Of a stretch of DNA of 58,119 bases, positions 47,739 through 58,119 are shown piece after piece (the stretch's first letter is position 1; each line of letters starts with the position of its first letter). A program made the position numbers and the translations under genes. Location: the NCBI GenBank assembly GCA_051942205.1, contig JAVECO010000153.1, positions 1 to 58,119 of the forward strand, given 5' to 3'. Under the pieces are notes generated by a model. It did not search any database and was not told where the DNA came from. It saw only the letters and a program-made list of their open reading frames with translations. This DNA is from Coniocarpon cinnabarinum. Its lineage: Eukaryota.

Positions 47739-50700
47739 GTTGCTGACAAATGGCTGAGCAGTTGACTGTGATAAAATGCTTAGGCGGGCATGAGACGAGT
47801 TTTGATGCTCTTTGATTTGTCTGCAAGGATTGAATCTTTCTGCCGGGCATGTCGACTTTTTATATGCCGTGTTGAGGCGATCGATCACATGGTCGCAAAG
47901 CCGGACATGCTTTGGTTCAAAATTTCGGACGATATATGCAATGCAGCCGTCAGCTAGGTGGTATTCTCGCAGAGAGTCCAGTGCAGGTTCCACCGGTGAA
48001 GCAGGCGTTGTGTATGGCAGCCACCTATGCACATTGTCAAGTATTGATTGCAGAAGAAGTGCGATGGCTTAATTTCTGTCGAACGTTGAAGCAGGACAAG
48101 TTCCACGAGCACATATTGCTTTGGGCACTGTATCATTTCAGCACGTACAGGGCAAGACGACTCGAGATTACAAAGAGCAAACCCTTGACGATCCGTTTGG
48201 CCTTGATGTGGCTCCAGCAACTCGCCCTTGCGGTGCTCAAAGACAGTCTGGCCTGCTGCGAGCTGGGACGTTCTCCACATCACGATCATATCGACAAATG
48301 CCACCTTTGCAGCATCATCTCTTCCACATGGTGGCTTCCTTGAAATCGCCGCAATACAGGAGGTACACCACTCGAGAGTGGGTCATACTTCATGCGCAGA
48401 GGCTAATCAACAGTATTGACACGGCGTTTGTGAGACGGCCCTGCATGAGGGAAAGAGGCGGTAAGTCCTTAGAACTGAGGCGCTTTCACTTGAGCCTCAT
48501 TTGAGCCTCACTTGTTGACTCCCCTTCTCCACGATGCAATACCACCTCACCATGCGAGACCGCATTCTGCATGTGCGTATTGGCATCCATTGGACAGAAA
48601 ATGCCGTCTTTACACTGCGGCTGAAAGCCACGCTGCAAAAGGACTATCTGCGCGTGCAGTTTGGGTGGGATTTGAGCAAGGGGTCATCATGCATGGCTTG
48701 GATCCACTCCTCGCGAAAAATGCAAAGCAGGACTGTTATTGATTTCAACGACTGAAGCAAGGAGTCGAAGTTCAGTTGAGCTGTCCAGTGGTTTCTTCCC
48801 ATGCGTATCCGTACGCTCCGTCGCCAAAGGATTCGCTAATAGCTGTAAACAAGTCAGCGCCTCGTTGAAAGAACGCATAATCACAGTTGAGGGCGGTGAC
48901 ATCTCTAAGACATCTGTGTGAAGGATATCAGACCAATCCTTCCTTACTACGTGAGCGCTTCGAAGCCTTCAGCAATGGCGGACTGTCATGCACGATGACG
49001 CTATGATGCAGCGTACCTCAAGCCATGCAAACACGTGCCGTCGACGTCTGGTGGACTTTCCCGCTCCTGGTGCACGGTAGCTGTCTGACTGCTTACGTCG
49101 GGTGACCCTTCTCAGCATCCTCACGCAAGAAGACTCCGCATTTGCGCAGGCCGCTACCGTCAGTTCTGGCTCCGGAGCTACCACAGCAAAGGCATGCAGG
49201 GCCTTCAGCCTCCAAGATCGCAAACATTACCAGCCTAAGGGCAAGGCAAATGCGGACGCACGGGTTTCAGGCGTTTGCTGAGCCTGATCCACTTCTGCAC
49301 AGATTCTGAGAGAACACCTCACCATTGCATTGCAGGAGTGCGGGGAAACACGCTGCGGCTGAACAAGTGGGAGCTAACCTCGGGGTTCCCGTTCGCTGAG
49401 CTTTTCCAAGGCTGGGCTAGATTAACCCTCGGATGTGGAAGATAGGAGGATCCGTTTGAAGAAAGTCGAGAATCACAATTGGAGCTGTAAGCCGGCTTGT
49501 GTCAAGGTCAGGGTAGTGCGGACTCTTGAGGTGCGTGAATAAGGTCGCGTGTTGAAGGGCTGAGGCAGGTCGGTGCAGAAACCTAAGGCAGTGCAATAGC
49601 CTATAATAATTCCCTTCGTAAGAGCCATAATGATCAGGTATGGCAGTAAGCCTAAGTCTTAGGTTTAATACTATAACCTCCTAAGTCATTGAAAGGCATT
49701 GCTTTTTGCGACTACAGAGTTTACAGTCTGTCTTCCTGACATGTTGAGCAGAAAGCAAAACGATTCTAGGAAATTGTGTAATGATTGCAAGGTCACGTGT
49801 TGAGAGTTTAACGTACACAAAAAGTCAGGGCAGTGCAAACGTCTGTCTAGAGGCCGTAACGCCCAAGGACAATAAATCGTACAAGCGACGTGTCGAAAGG
49901 CGAGGACAGGCCAGTGCAAAGATCCATTGCGCTTTTACGCCGCAGCTATCCGGCGTCCCAAACGAAGCGAACTCGACTACTGTCGTTGCTGGACGCTTGC
50001 GCGGTCTACCTCTAATCCGTACACTCTGGCTGTATCGTAGATTCAGCGGCCAAATTCCGTGTACAATACCTAATGAAACGCTGCTTTCGCCAGCCACATA
50101 CATGTCCTTTACTGTACCCTTCGTAAGGGATCAGCGTCTGCGTCTGCGTCGTCGGACAGTCGACAGGACTGCCTTCATCAAAGCGGTAGCAAGTCAATCC
50201 AGTGGACGCTGTGACTGCACCCAGTGCACGTCACCTCCCCTTGCCAACATCTCACCCATCATCTTGCACATTACCTCTTACCATCTGAAAACGCCCTCGA
50301 CGACACGAAGCAAGTATTACGAACGATGCCACAACTACGACTCGACGTGTCAAGCACAAAAGATGGACGTGTTCGTCAAGTTCTTCAGTCAACGAAAGAC
50401 CGCAGTCCTCTTGCTTTGCCGAGTGATCGTACAACTAGCCGTGTCCACCTTGCTTTTAAGCATCGTACATGATTTGGTATCTTTTCCGCATATTTTCAGC
50501 GTGAGTCTCCATCGCATTCGGCGTTTCATGCTTTTGAATAGAAGGTCCTCGTGGCGCTTCCTCCCAGCGCATCCGCCCAACCGAGCTCGCTTTTCTTGGA
50601 CTTCCTTTTGCATCCACGAGATGTTCTCGTGTATGCGCGCGTTTTAGTCTTGCGCCTGCCGTCTCCCGCGTGCGAAGTATCAAGACCATTCACCCCAGCT

Positions 50701-50876
50701 TCTGCGTAGTCCCAGCGCCTGTAATAAGGACCACGGTTTTCTCCCCACCATCCAGGCCCGTTCCTCATGATGTGAGAGAGAAGTCCCCGTGTGCCATAAG
50801 TGTATGGCTGGCCGGTTCTCACCTCTTGTGCAAGCTCGGCACGGTGCATCTCCAGTTGCGATTCCTAATGCAGTTC

Positions 50877-52048
50877 CTACTGCACGCCTGCCGCCGCCAC
50901 GGCGCCGTTGCCATCGCCTGCGTTGTCGCTGAGATTGATCAAAAGCTGTGCAAGACATCGCTTTGTCGCAAGGTCGTCGCGCAGCACGGGTGAGAATGTT
51001 GCGTCTCGGAGAGGCTCAGGGAGGCACTGTCGAAGCGCCTCGCGCGCGCGCGCATTGTCTGATAAGCGGAGGAAGCAACGAACGACGTGTTTGAGCAGGC
51101 GGACGGTCTGCTGGTCCACGAGCATCTGTACCATGTTTGAGAGAACGGTGCCGACCGCGTAGAAGCGTTCGTAGGTCTGACAGATGTAGTTCAGGCCCAT
51201 GTCATCCAGTAGGATTTTCTGCACAATGAAAATGGCGACTGTCTTACTGAGCTCAGAGCCTGTTTCCATGATCCTAAGACACAGTGGTATGATTTCCGTC
51301 GTCAAGAGAAACGTGATGACATCCGAGCTGTCATTCTTGACGAGTGCACCGATCACACCCAGTGATGTCAGGCGCAGATATTCAAAGGGGCGAGATTTAG
51401 AAGTTGTGTTCAAGAAAGGGTAGAGAAAGAGCGGTATATGAGCGGAGAGGAAGAGCGAGCGAGTCTCGTGGTGCGAGGCGACGCATTGGAGGAGAGCGAG
51501 TGCGTTGCAGATGCGGTTGGAAGCGGCGGCAGTGAGCTGGGAAGGGTTAAGGAGAGGATAGACCGAGATGATTTCTTGAAGAAGGGAGGTCATAACGCCT
51601 GTCAAGATGTTGTTAGCAAGACGATTGCCGTGTCAGGGACATCAGCACGCCTACCAAACGAGTGCCACAAGATCAACGCCAACTGAGGGAACTGCTCTCG
51701 CTTCTTGCTAAGTTCAAGCAAAGCAGCTTCTCTCGTCCCAGGATCCATGAGCTGTGCAATCCATTGCAGAACTCTCTTCTCTTCAGCGCTAGGGACACCA
51801 GTTGATCCATTGCCGTTGGTTGCGCCATTGCTATCCACAGTGGTGAAGCTCGTATCATTGTTCGAGCTCATCATAGCATTGTTCGAGGCGTTTGTAGCAG
51901 TGCTATTACTGGCAAGGCGGTTGAAAGGTGCGGCATGTGGGTTGGTTGCGGAGTTGGCATGGTGAAGATGCTGAGAGGGATGGGGGAGGCTGGAAGACCA
52001 AGTGTCGGCGTTGGGGTATTGTTGTTGGTGTGAGAACACGTGCTGCAT
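50877..52048 (-). CDS. CAF40: CCR4-NOT subunit Caf40/Rcd1/CNOT9, one intron (51599-51654)
   Basis: [37 protein letters not shown]...[36 protein letters not shown]. Confidence 0.96.
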
Positions 52049-52474
52049 TGCTGGTAAGCCTGCTTTGAAGTTTGCGGACTATTGAAGGGGCGTCGAGGAA
52101 GCGCCCGACCGATCACGAGCTTGGAGTATTATAGTAGAGGAGATGCCGAGCGCTGTCGTAGCACAAGCATAACATGGCGTGTTGTTTGACAGACTGCGTC
52201 AGATATGGTCTCAAGATCCCTGCTGCTCAGAAAGAATACGTGGTTCTGGTGTCGAACGTTGGAGTCTGTCATTGTGAAGGAATTGAGCCAAGCTCTTGAG
52301 ACTGTAGCGCTGGACTCCAAAGAACGTCACGTGGTTGGAGGATTGATCCGACAGGGTTTGGCAATTACCAAATGTTTCTACTGGCGTGCAGGTGGCCTTG
52401 CTGATGTCTATCGACGTCCCATATGGCGTTTACTACCTACTAAAGACGAAACATATTTCTTGTTGAGGACGTAC

Positions 52475-53077
52475 TCAGTCTTCACTTTCTTGTCGCTGTG
52501 ACTCATTACGCGTCGCACGACCCAAGTTCAATTTGACCCGCTCCAAACATGTCCTGGACCTCTGAGGGGGCAGAATTTCAAATTGATAGATGTCCGACTT
52601 CCCCTCATGATACCATTCCTCATCCTCCGAGTACACCTCCGCATTCTCACTCATCTCCTCCAACCACGCATCATAATCGTCTTGAAGCTCTTTGAGCGTT
52701 TCCCGTCCCTTCGCTTCCCTTCCGCGGTAGAGCTCTATCCTTTTTTGAAGCTCGGCTTCAATGAAGGGTATCCATTGCTTGCGTACCATGGCGAGATGCA
52801 GGACCCGCTGTAAGGGTCCTGGCGTGGCTCGAACTTGATTGCATTCTCGCTGCCAAAGGTGTGGATACGTGGAGCGACCAAGGCCGGGCAATCGCCGTGT
52901 GGATGGTGAACAATCTCTGTGGTCTTCAATGTGATCGTGAGCGTTCAACTCTTTGTCAACTATTGTAAGGATTATCCGTTGCTGAGCCCGTTCGGGCAAG
53001 AGAGCGATCAGGTGATCCGGTAGATGAGGCCTTCGGCGATGGCTGGCCTCAGTAGCGGCGCTTCGTGGTGATGGCAT
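52475..53077 (-). CDS. Hypothetical protein (200 aa)
   Basis: ATG-initiated ORF with protein-like composition and an acidic helical C-terminal half; no recognisable domain. Confidence 0.5.
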   Translation of the reverse strand: MPSPRSAATEASHRRRPHLPDHLIALLPERAQQRIILTIVDKELNAHDHIEDHRDCSPSTRRLPGLGRSTYPHLWQRECNQVRATPGPLQRVLHLAMVRKQWIPFIEAELQKRIELYRGREAKGRETLKELQDDYDAWLEEMSENAEVYSEDEEWYHEGKSDIYQFEILPPQRSRTCLERVKLNLGRATRNESQRQESED

Positions 53078-56000
53078 GAGACGTTTTGTCTACGAGAGGG
53101 GTTTCTTTGGCTAGCGAAGCCGAGCCGATTACCAGTGTCCTTTGCATGTCGTGCAGATCCATGTGCAATGACAGGTTCCCTCAATCAATCGGTGTATCGC
53201 AATGCATACGTGTTGAGAAGTTCGCTGGGCAATTAGTTTCCTATCAAGGACGTTTTTCGACACCAGCGCGACGCATTCTTTGTCGGTATCGCTACCATGC
53301 CAAATCGTAGTTGATCCGGTCGCTGACATCGCCCAGGTCTAGGACTCGCTCCTTGCTGCCGGCTCTCTGGCTGCCGTAGCACCCGCTTGAAGCACTCCCA
53401 CTCCGGCCCGATTTTGTTTTGTTCTCTGCCAATCTCTCAAACTGTGTCGCCAACCCAACTTGTACTGACTTCTTCAACCTCAGCCACTTCCCGTACCTCC
53501 ATCACGTCCCCGTCAATTTGCGCTTCAGTTTTCTTGACTTGTTCGATTTGTCGTCGAAGCTCCTCTTTGACCCACCTCTTGTCCATCGCTGCCATTTTCA
53601 CCACATGCTAAATTGCTTCAGCAGGATGCTTTCTCTCAAGAATTTGCGCCGTTGGTAAATTATTATTGCTTGAGTCTGCAGACCGTTGAATCGATTTGAA
53701 GTATTCAGCATGATCGGCCACGTGTGAAGTTGGAAATCGCGTTTGAGGGTATTCAGCATGATATGGCTTTGAATGTCAGAGGGGATGATGCCGGTAGATG
53801 GGAAACATGGTAGGTTGCCTACGAATGCGTGATGGCTCATCACGCTTGCGAGACTATATTGGCATGGCTATAGTGGCGTTGATGGCGATATCTCCAAATG
53901 TGCAAAGATAGAAGTTTCGAGATTACACAATATGTGTCAAACCGTTCTGACAGGACCGCGCAACCCCAGAAAATAATGGGCAGCCAGCGAGATGTTTACA
54001 ATACGCGATCTGGCCCGACCTTGCCATGGAAGGTCAATTTGCGAAGGTTTTAGCGAGGCGGAAAAGAATGATCGACGCCCTGGATTCTTTCCTTTGAAAT
54101 ATGGGGGGGGTTGCAAGCTCGCCTTCCTTATGCGTGCTCTTTTTTCATTTGAACGTCAGAGAATCAAACGCATGCGATCGTGCACTAGAAGATGACGGTC
54201 GGACTTGTTCGCTAGAATTCGAGTTATACAGCACCGATTTTTCGCAACGATAGCAGAGTTGGAGCGAGCAAATGAACGCATCGAGAGATGAACCAAGAGC
54301 GTTGCGAACTCGTAGAACATGAGGCGCCCCGAGCTATGGACTAAAGGTCCTCATCATGTTGGCAAGACGAGACATTGGTGACGGAGAACCCACCAAAATC
54401 ATGTAAGTCCATTGGGATGCGTGCTGACGTTCACGAGGTTGGGCATCGCAACGCCGGAAGCGAAGCTCATGAAAAGCTGAAACCCAACTCCTGCAGCGCA
54501 TCTTCGATGGATTGCAGAAATGGTGAAACAACCTCATAGAGGCGCGCGCATACGCGTTTGATCTGACCTGGGATGTCGAGACGCGAAAAACAGGATGCTG
54601 ATAGGCGGAAGGTCAATCAGACAGACGGCACGCAAAGCTGTCGCTGCAGCCATGTCTGCCAAGCTTCGCATGACGAGGCAGACCGAGCTCTTGGATGCAA
54701 AAGGATGGCCGGGGGAGGATGCAAGAGGAAGCAGGGATGGGCGGGAAAGAGAATCGACGGAATTTTCGATGGTCATCTGAGAATTCTGGCCCCAAGCGGG
54801 ATGGTTGGTGGATGGGGTTGACGTGGTTGACGTTGAGTCATTGGGGCACCGCACGGACGGTTGTGCGGCGGCGGCGGCGGAGGTCGGGGCGTCAAGCTTG
54901 GACAGCTGGAAAAGAGACAGGCATGTGGATGGCATCAGATGAGGAGGGGCACGAGCGCTGAAGACCCAGTGAAGCAGTGAGCCTCAGGGCGAGCAGAGTT
55001 TGAATCGAGTCTCGAAGGGGGTGACGGGAATGTGCAGACCAGCCCATCGGAGCTTACTCCTGAGCTCTAGTGCTGCTCGCTCTTAAGTGGAGACTGAGAT
55101 CGCGGATCTCAACTTTCAGATTGTGTCCATGATGCAGGCTGGACAGCTGCCCAAGGTGATGTTCGCCGAAACCGCCTGACCCCCAGGTACATCTCAGGGC
55201 CTGGTGACAGCCCCGGATGAGCCTGAGCCGGGGGATCTTCATCTCCCTGCTCGCCGTAGGATTCTCGACAAAACAGGCAACCCGTTGGCACGCATACAGG
55301 GCACCAGGGGAGGCACGCAGCCAAAACATAGAGTAGAGCGGGATGTGTGCGGCCCAGGCCTGAGCGCAGCCTCTGGCGTGGATTCTCCTGGTCCGCGTCC
55401 GTGTTGCAAGGACCAGCCGGTCGCAATAATAATGGACAAGTGACGTAGGTCGTAGTGGCTTGTCTGCTCACAAAAGCGCCCAACGCGTGACACGACCGGT
55501 CTCCCTTTCTGAGGCGTGGCTAGCAGGATGATCTCCGATGACACCACCGGACTCGAGACGCGCGTGCACCACGCGTTGGTCTGGGGCGAGACGGTGTCAC
55601 GGCATTTGCAGTCTCGAATGTCCTGCCATGGACTGAAGCAGTGAACGCGATGAGAGAGGCCCTGAGGCTGAAGAAGAACAGGAAGAAGAAGCAGCAGTTT
55701 GATGGACCCTCTCCATCTGGTGGTGCTAGCTTCGACCCTGAGTTGAGAAGAGTGGTTCGTCCCTCGATGCAAGAAAGGGACGACAGTTGAGTGATGTGCG
55801 CGGGAAGGGTTCAAGGGATTCAGGGACGGCGGAGAGTGAGAGGACGTGATCACGATGGAACGGGCGAGCGTGGATCGGCATCTGGATGCAGAAGCAAAGT
55901 GCAGAGAGGGATCACGATGCAGCGGGTGTGGCCGCTGAGTCGCAACGTTTGAGGGAGATGCAAGCCGCAAACGCGCACGCCCGCTACAGGACGGAGTGAT

Positions 56001-57110
56001 GTGTATTTTCACGCGGGCCGAGCTTGCAGCGAGCACTGAGGCAGCAGGGCACAGGGGACAGTACTAGAAAGACAGATCGTGGAGCCGTCGCCGATGGCGC
56101 GGCGCCTTTCGAGTGTCAGAGTTGCCTGTCTGGGGAGGAAGCAAGCTTGGTGGGAATTCGAGAGTTGTAGCAGAGACCGTGATGCTTGTAGGGTGTGTGG
56201 GCGTGTGCCAGAGTGGGAAAGGAGGACGAGACGGGAGGGAAGAAATAGGTACCGCGCTCCGGCGGAGGGTTGGTTTCGTGCAGCGAGTGAGGGAGGAAGA
56301 GGGAGTTTGGGGGCTTGAGGCTTGAGGCTTGGCGGGAGGAGCGACGAAGTGCACGGCCCGCCCTCTGCCATCTGGAAGAACCACCCCCCCCTCGCGGCGC
56401 GCTAGTCCCCTTCAGTCGCCGAGCGTGCAGGCCATCGGCGATGCTCCATCGAGCGGGCGTCGATGCACACACAGAACTGCGATCAAGTCAGACCGGCCTT
56501 CCATGCTGTTGCGCGCTCCTCCATCTTAAAAACCCGTCGCTGGCTGTTTCCTGTATCGCGGTGCTCCTGCGTGCCTGTCTGCTGCTGCTGCTGCCTTTGC
56601 GACGCTGCTGCTGCCATACGACGATCCTGAATTGTGTGTCTCTTGCGCTGTTTGTTTCGAGTGGAGAATACCCGACCCCGCGCACAGACCTCAACGCCCC
56701 CCCCCGCGTCTAGACCTCGCCGGATCGACATACGCGACAACCCAGGAACCTCATTGACGCCGCCCTGACGTAGTCGCGTCTTCCTCCTCTTCGCTGCACT
56801 CTCGCGACGTGCCAGAGCCCTCCGTACCTCTCATCCGAACTCGCCCTCGCCATCGCCCTCGCGAACCGGCGGTCTCGCGCCAGGCCAACCCAGCGCCGCG
56901 CTCTCGACTTTCCACGCAAACACAGACCGCAAGTCGCACGGACACCTCCCGCTATCTAACACCTCCGCCGCCGCAGCACACCCTGAGACCACCAAAGCTC
57001 ATTGCATGCGCTCAGTCGACCACAAACTGCGAAGGATCCATCTCTTGGTCCTTCGCATGATTTCCTAATCCCCGCTGAGACTCCTGGAGTCTGGTTTGGT
57101 GCCACAGAAT

Positions 57111-58119
57111 ATGGACGGATTGAACGCGCAAGGCCGGACTGTCTCCCTGCTGAACGAAGAGTTGCCCCGCCTTTCCAATCTGACGTCGCTGTCCTCCAAG
57201 CACTCCGCCGCTTACACTACCACACACTCCCTCAACAATAACATCCACCACAGCAAGCTCCGTCCTTCGCTGCCTCAGCTCCAGCACAGCTCTTCTTCGT
57301 TTTCGTCGCTTTCGAGCAGATCGAACGACTCCTCCTCCAACCCCTATTCCCCCGGCTCAAATCCTCCCTCACTCTCGCGCAGCGACTCCAGCGACTCCGG
57401 CGCCGGCCAGTCTCCTTCGCCCCTCACTCCTACCTCGACCGGCTTCGAAAATCTTCACGAGCTCCGCAAGACTCTCCCCCGCAAATACTCGTCCACTCTT
57501 GAAGGTCTGCCGTCATTGTCGACGCTCCGTCTGCAGGCCAAGCTCCCTCCCGTTCCAGCTTCCACATCGATGGATTTCAGCAGTCAGCAACAAGTACTGC
57601 CCAATGATTTTGCGTTCACGACATCTGCCGCCCCATCTCTCTATGATCCTCTCTCTACCGCCCAGCTGACTCCGGTGACTTCGGTCGGCCTCGAGCAGCC
57701 TCTTGCGACTCCGCAGTCGATGCCCAACGCGACACCCACGCAAGGCGTCTTCCCAACCCCCATCAACACACAAAAAACCACCACAAAGAAAAACTCATAT
57801 CCTTGCCCACTGTCGAAGCAGTACAACTGCAACGAATACTTCACCACATCCGGTCACGCGGCACGCCATGCGAAGAAGCACACCGGCAAGAAGGACGCCA
57901 TATGCCCTGAATGCGGCAAGGGCTTCACGCGTAAGGACAACATGGAACAGCACCGTCGCACGCACTCGGGCAACCGCAACAAGAGCAATGGCTCGACCAG
58001 CGAGAGCTCGTCCAACTCCTCGAAGCCAGTCAACAAAGACGCGGAGGAGACCAAGGCGCGACAGAAGGTGCGACAGCAACATCGCAAATCACGGCCGTCG
58101 AGCATTTCTACTACCCACC
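57111..58119 (+). CDS. C2H2 zinc-finger transcription factor (Nrg1-like finger signature), 3' end outside the window
   Basis: ATG 57111 is in frame with YPCPLSKQYNCNEYFTTSGHAARHAKKHTGKKDAICPECGKGFTRKDNMEQHRRTH; Ser/Pro-rich N-terminus. Confidence 0.9.
   Translation, partial: MDGLNAQGRTVSLLNEELPRLSNLTSLSSKHSAAYTTTHSLNNNIHHSKLRPSLPQLQHSSSSFSSLSSRSNDSSSNPYSPGSNPPSLSRSDSSDSGAGQSPSPLTPTSTGFENLHELRKTLPRKYSSTLEGLPSLSTLRLQAKLPPVPASTSMDFSSQQQVLPNDFAFTTSAAPSLYDPLSTAQLTPVTSVGLEQPLATPQSMPNATPTQGVFPTPINTQKTTTKKNSYPCPLSKQYNCNEYFTTSGHAARHAKKHTGKKDAICPECGKGFTRKDNMEQHRRTHSGNRNKSNGSTSESSSNSSKPVNKDAEETKARQKVRQQHRKSRPSSISTTH

Noticed and set aside
49781..50647. 288-aa plus-strand ORF convergent with CAF40, and the 265-aa ORF at 55239-56036
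   Set aside because: Arg/Ser-rich, no domain-like features; probably UTR or intergenic chance ORFs.
53100..53843. Broken minus-strand frame weakly resembling the neighbouring 200-aa ORF (AMDKRWVKEELRRQIE vs AMVRKQWIPFIEAELQKRIE)
   Set aside because: The similarity is too short to call a paralogous pseudogene.

Overview
Fungal (filamentous ascomycete) genomic DNA with two compartments. Left, ~1-27.4 kb, is an accessory region patchily mutated by RIP. It ends on the right in a spliced DUF3435 tyrosine-recombinase gene (Starship 'captain', minus strand, 24412-26870, one nonsense codon), so it is probably a Starship running leftwards out of the window. Much of the cargo sits inside transposase-free, TA-flanked terminal-inverted-repeat (TIR) modules. 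(i) Two nested elements of one 5'-CAGT family with long imperfect TIRs: the outer (8723-17514) carries an Mx/dynamin-like GTPase; the inner (8753-14358) is inserted inside the outer's left TIR and carries a BTB gene and a HeLo-like-N/ubiquitin-like gene. (ii) A 5'-ACGT pogo/Fot1-like element (19311-23937) carrying a NACHT-WD40 NLR, with the right end of a second copy at 4133-4512 cut by a RIP-mutated LINE. Also present are a TPR gene, a DUF7924-like pseudogene, a DUF3716 gene and a solo LTR. Right, 33.5-58 kb, is core genome: CHD1, RLI1, CAF40/RCD1 and a C2H2 zinc-finger gene. Between RLI1 and CAF40 lie an NB-ARC-TPR pseudogene and a three-exon NFAP2-like small secreted cysteine-rich protein gene that the ORF track captures only in part. 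All alignments were done by eye and family names come from motif recognition, not database searches.
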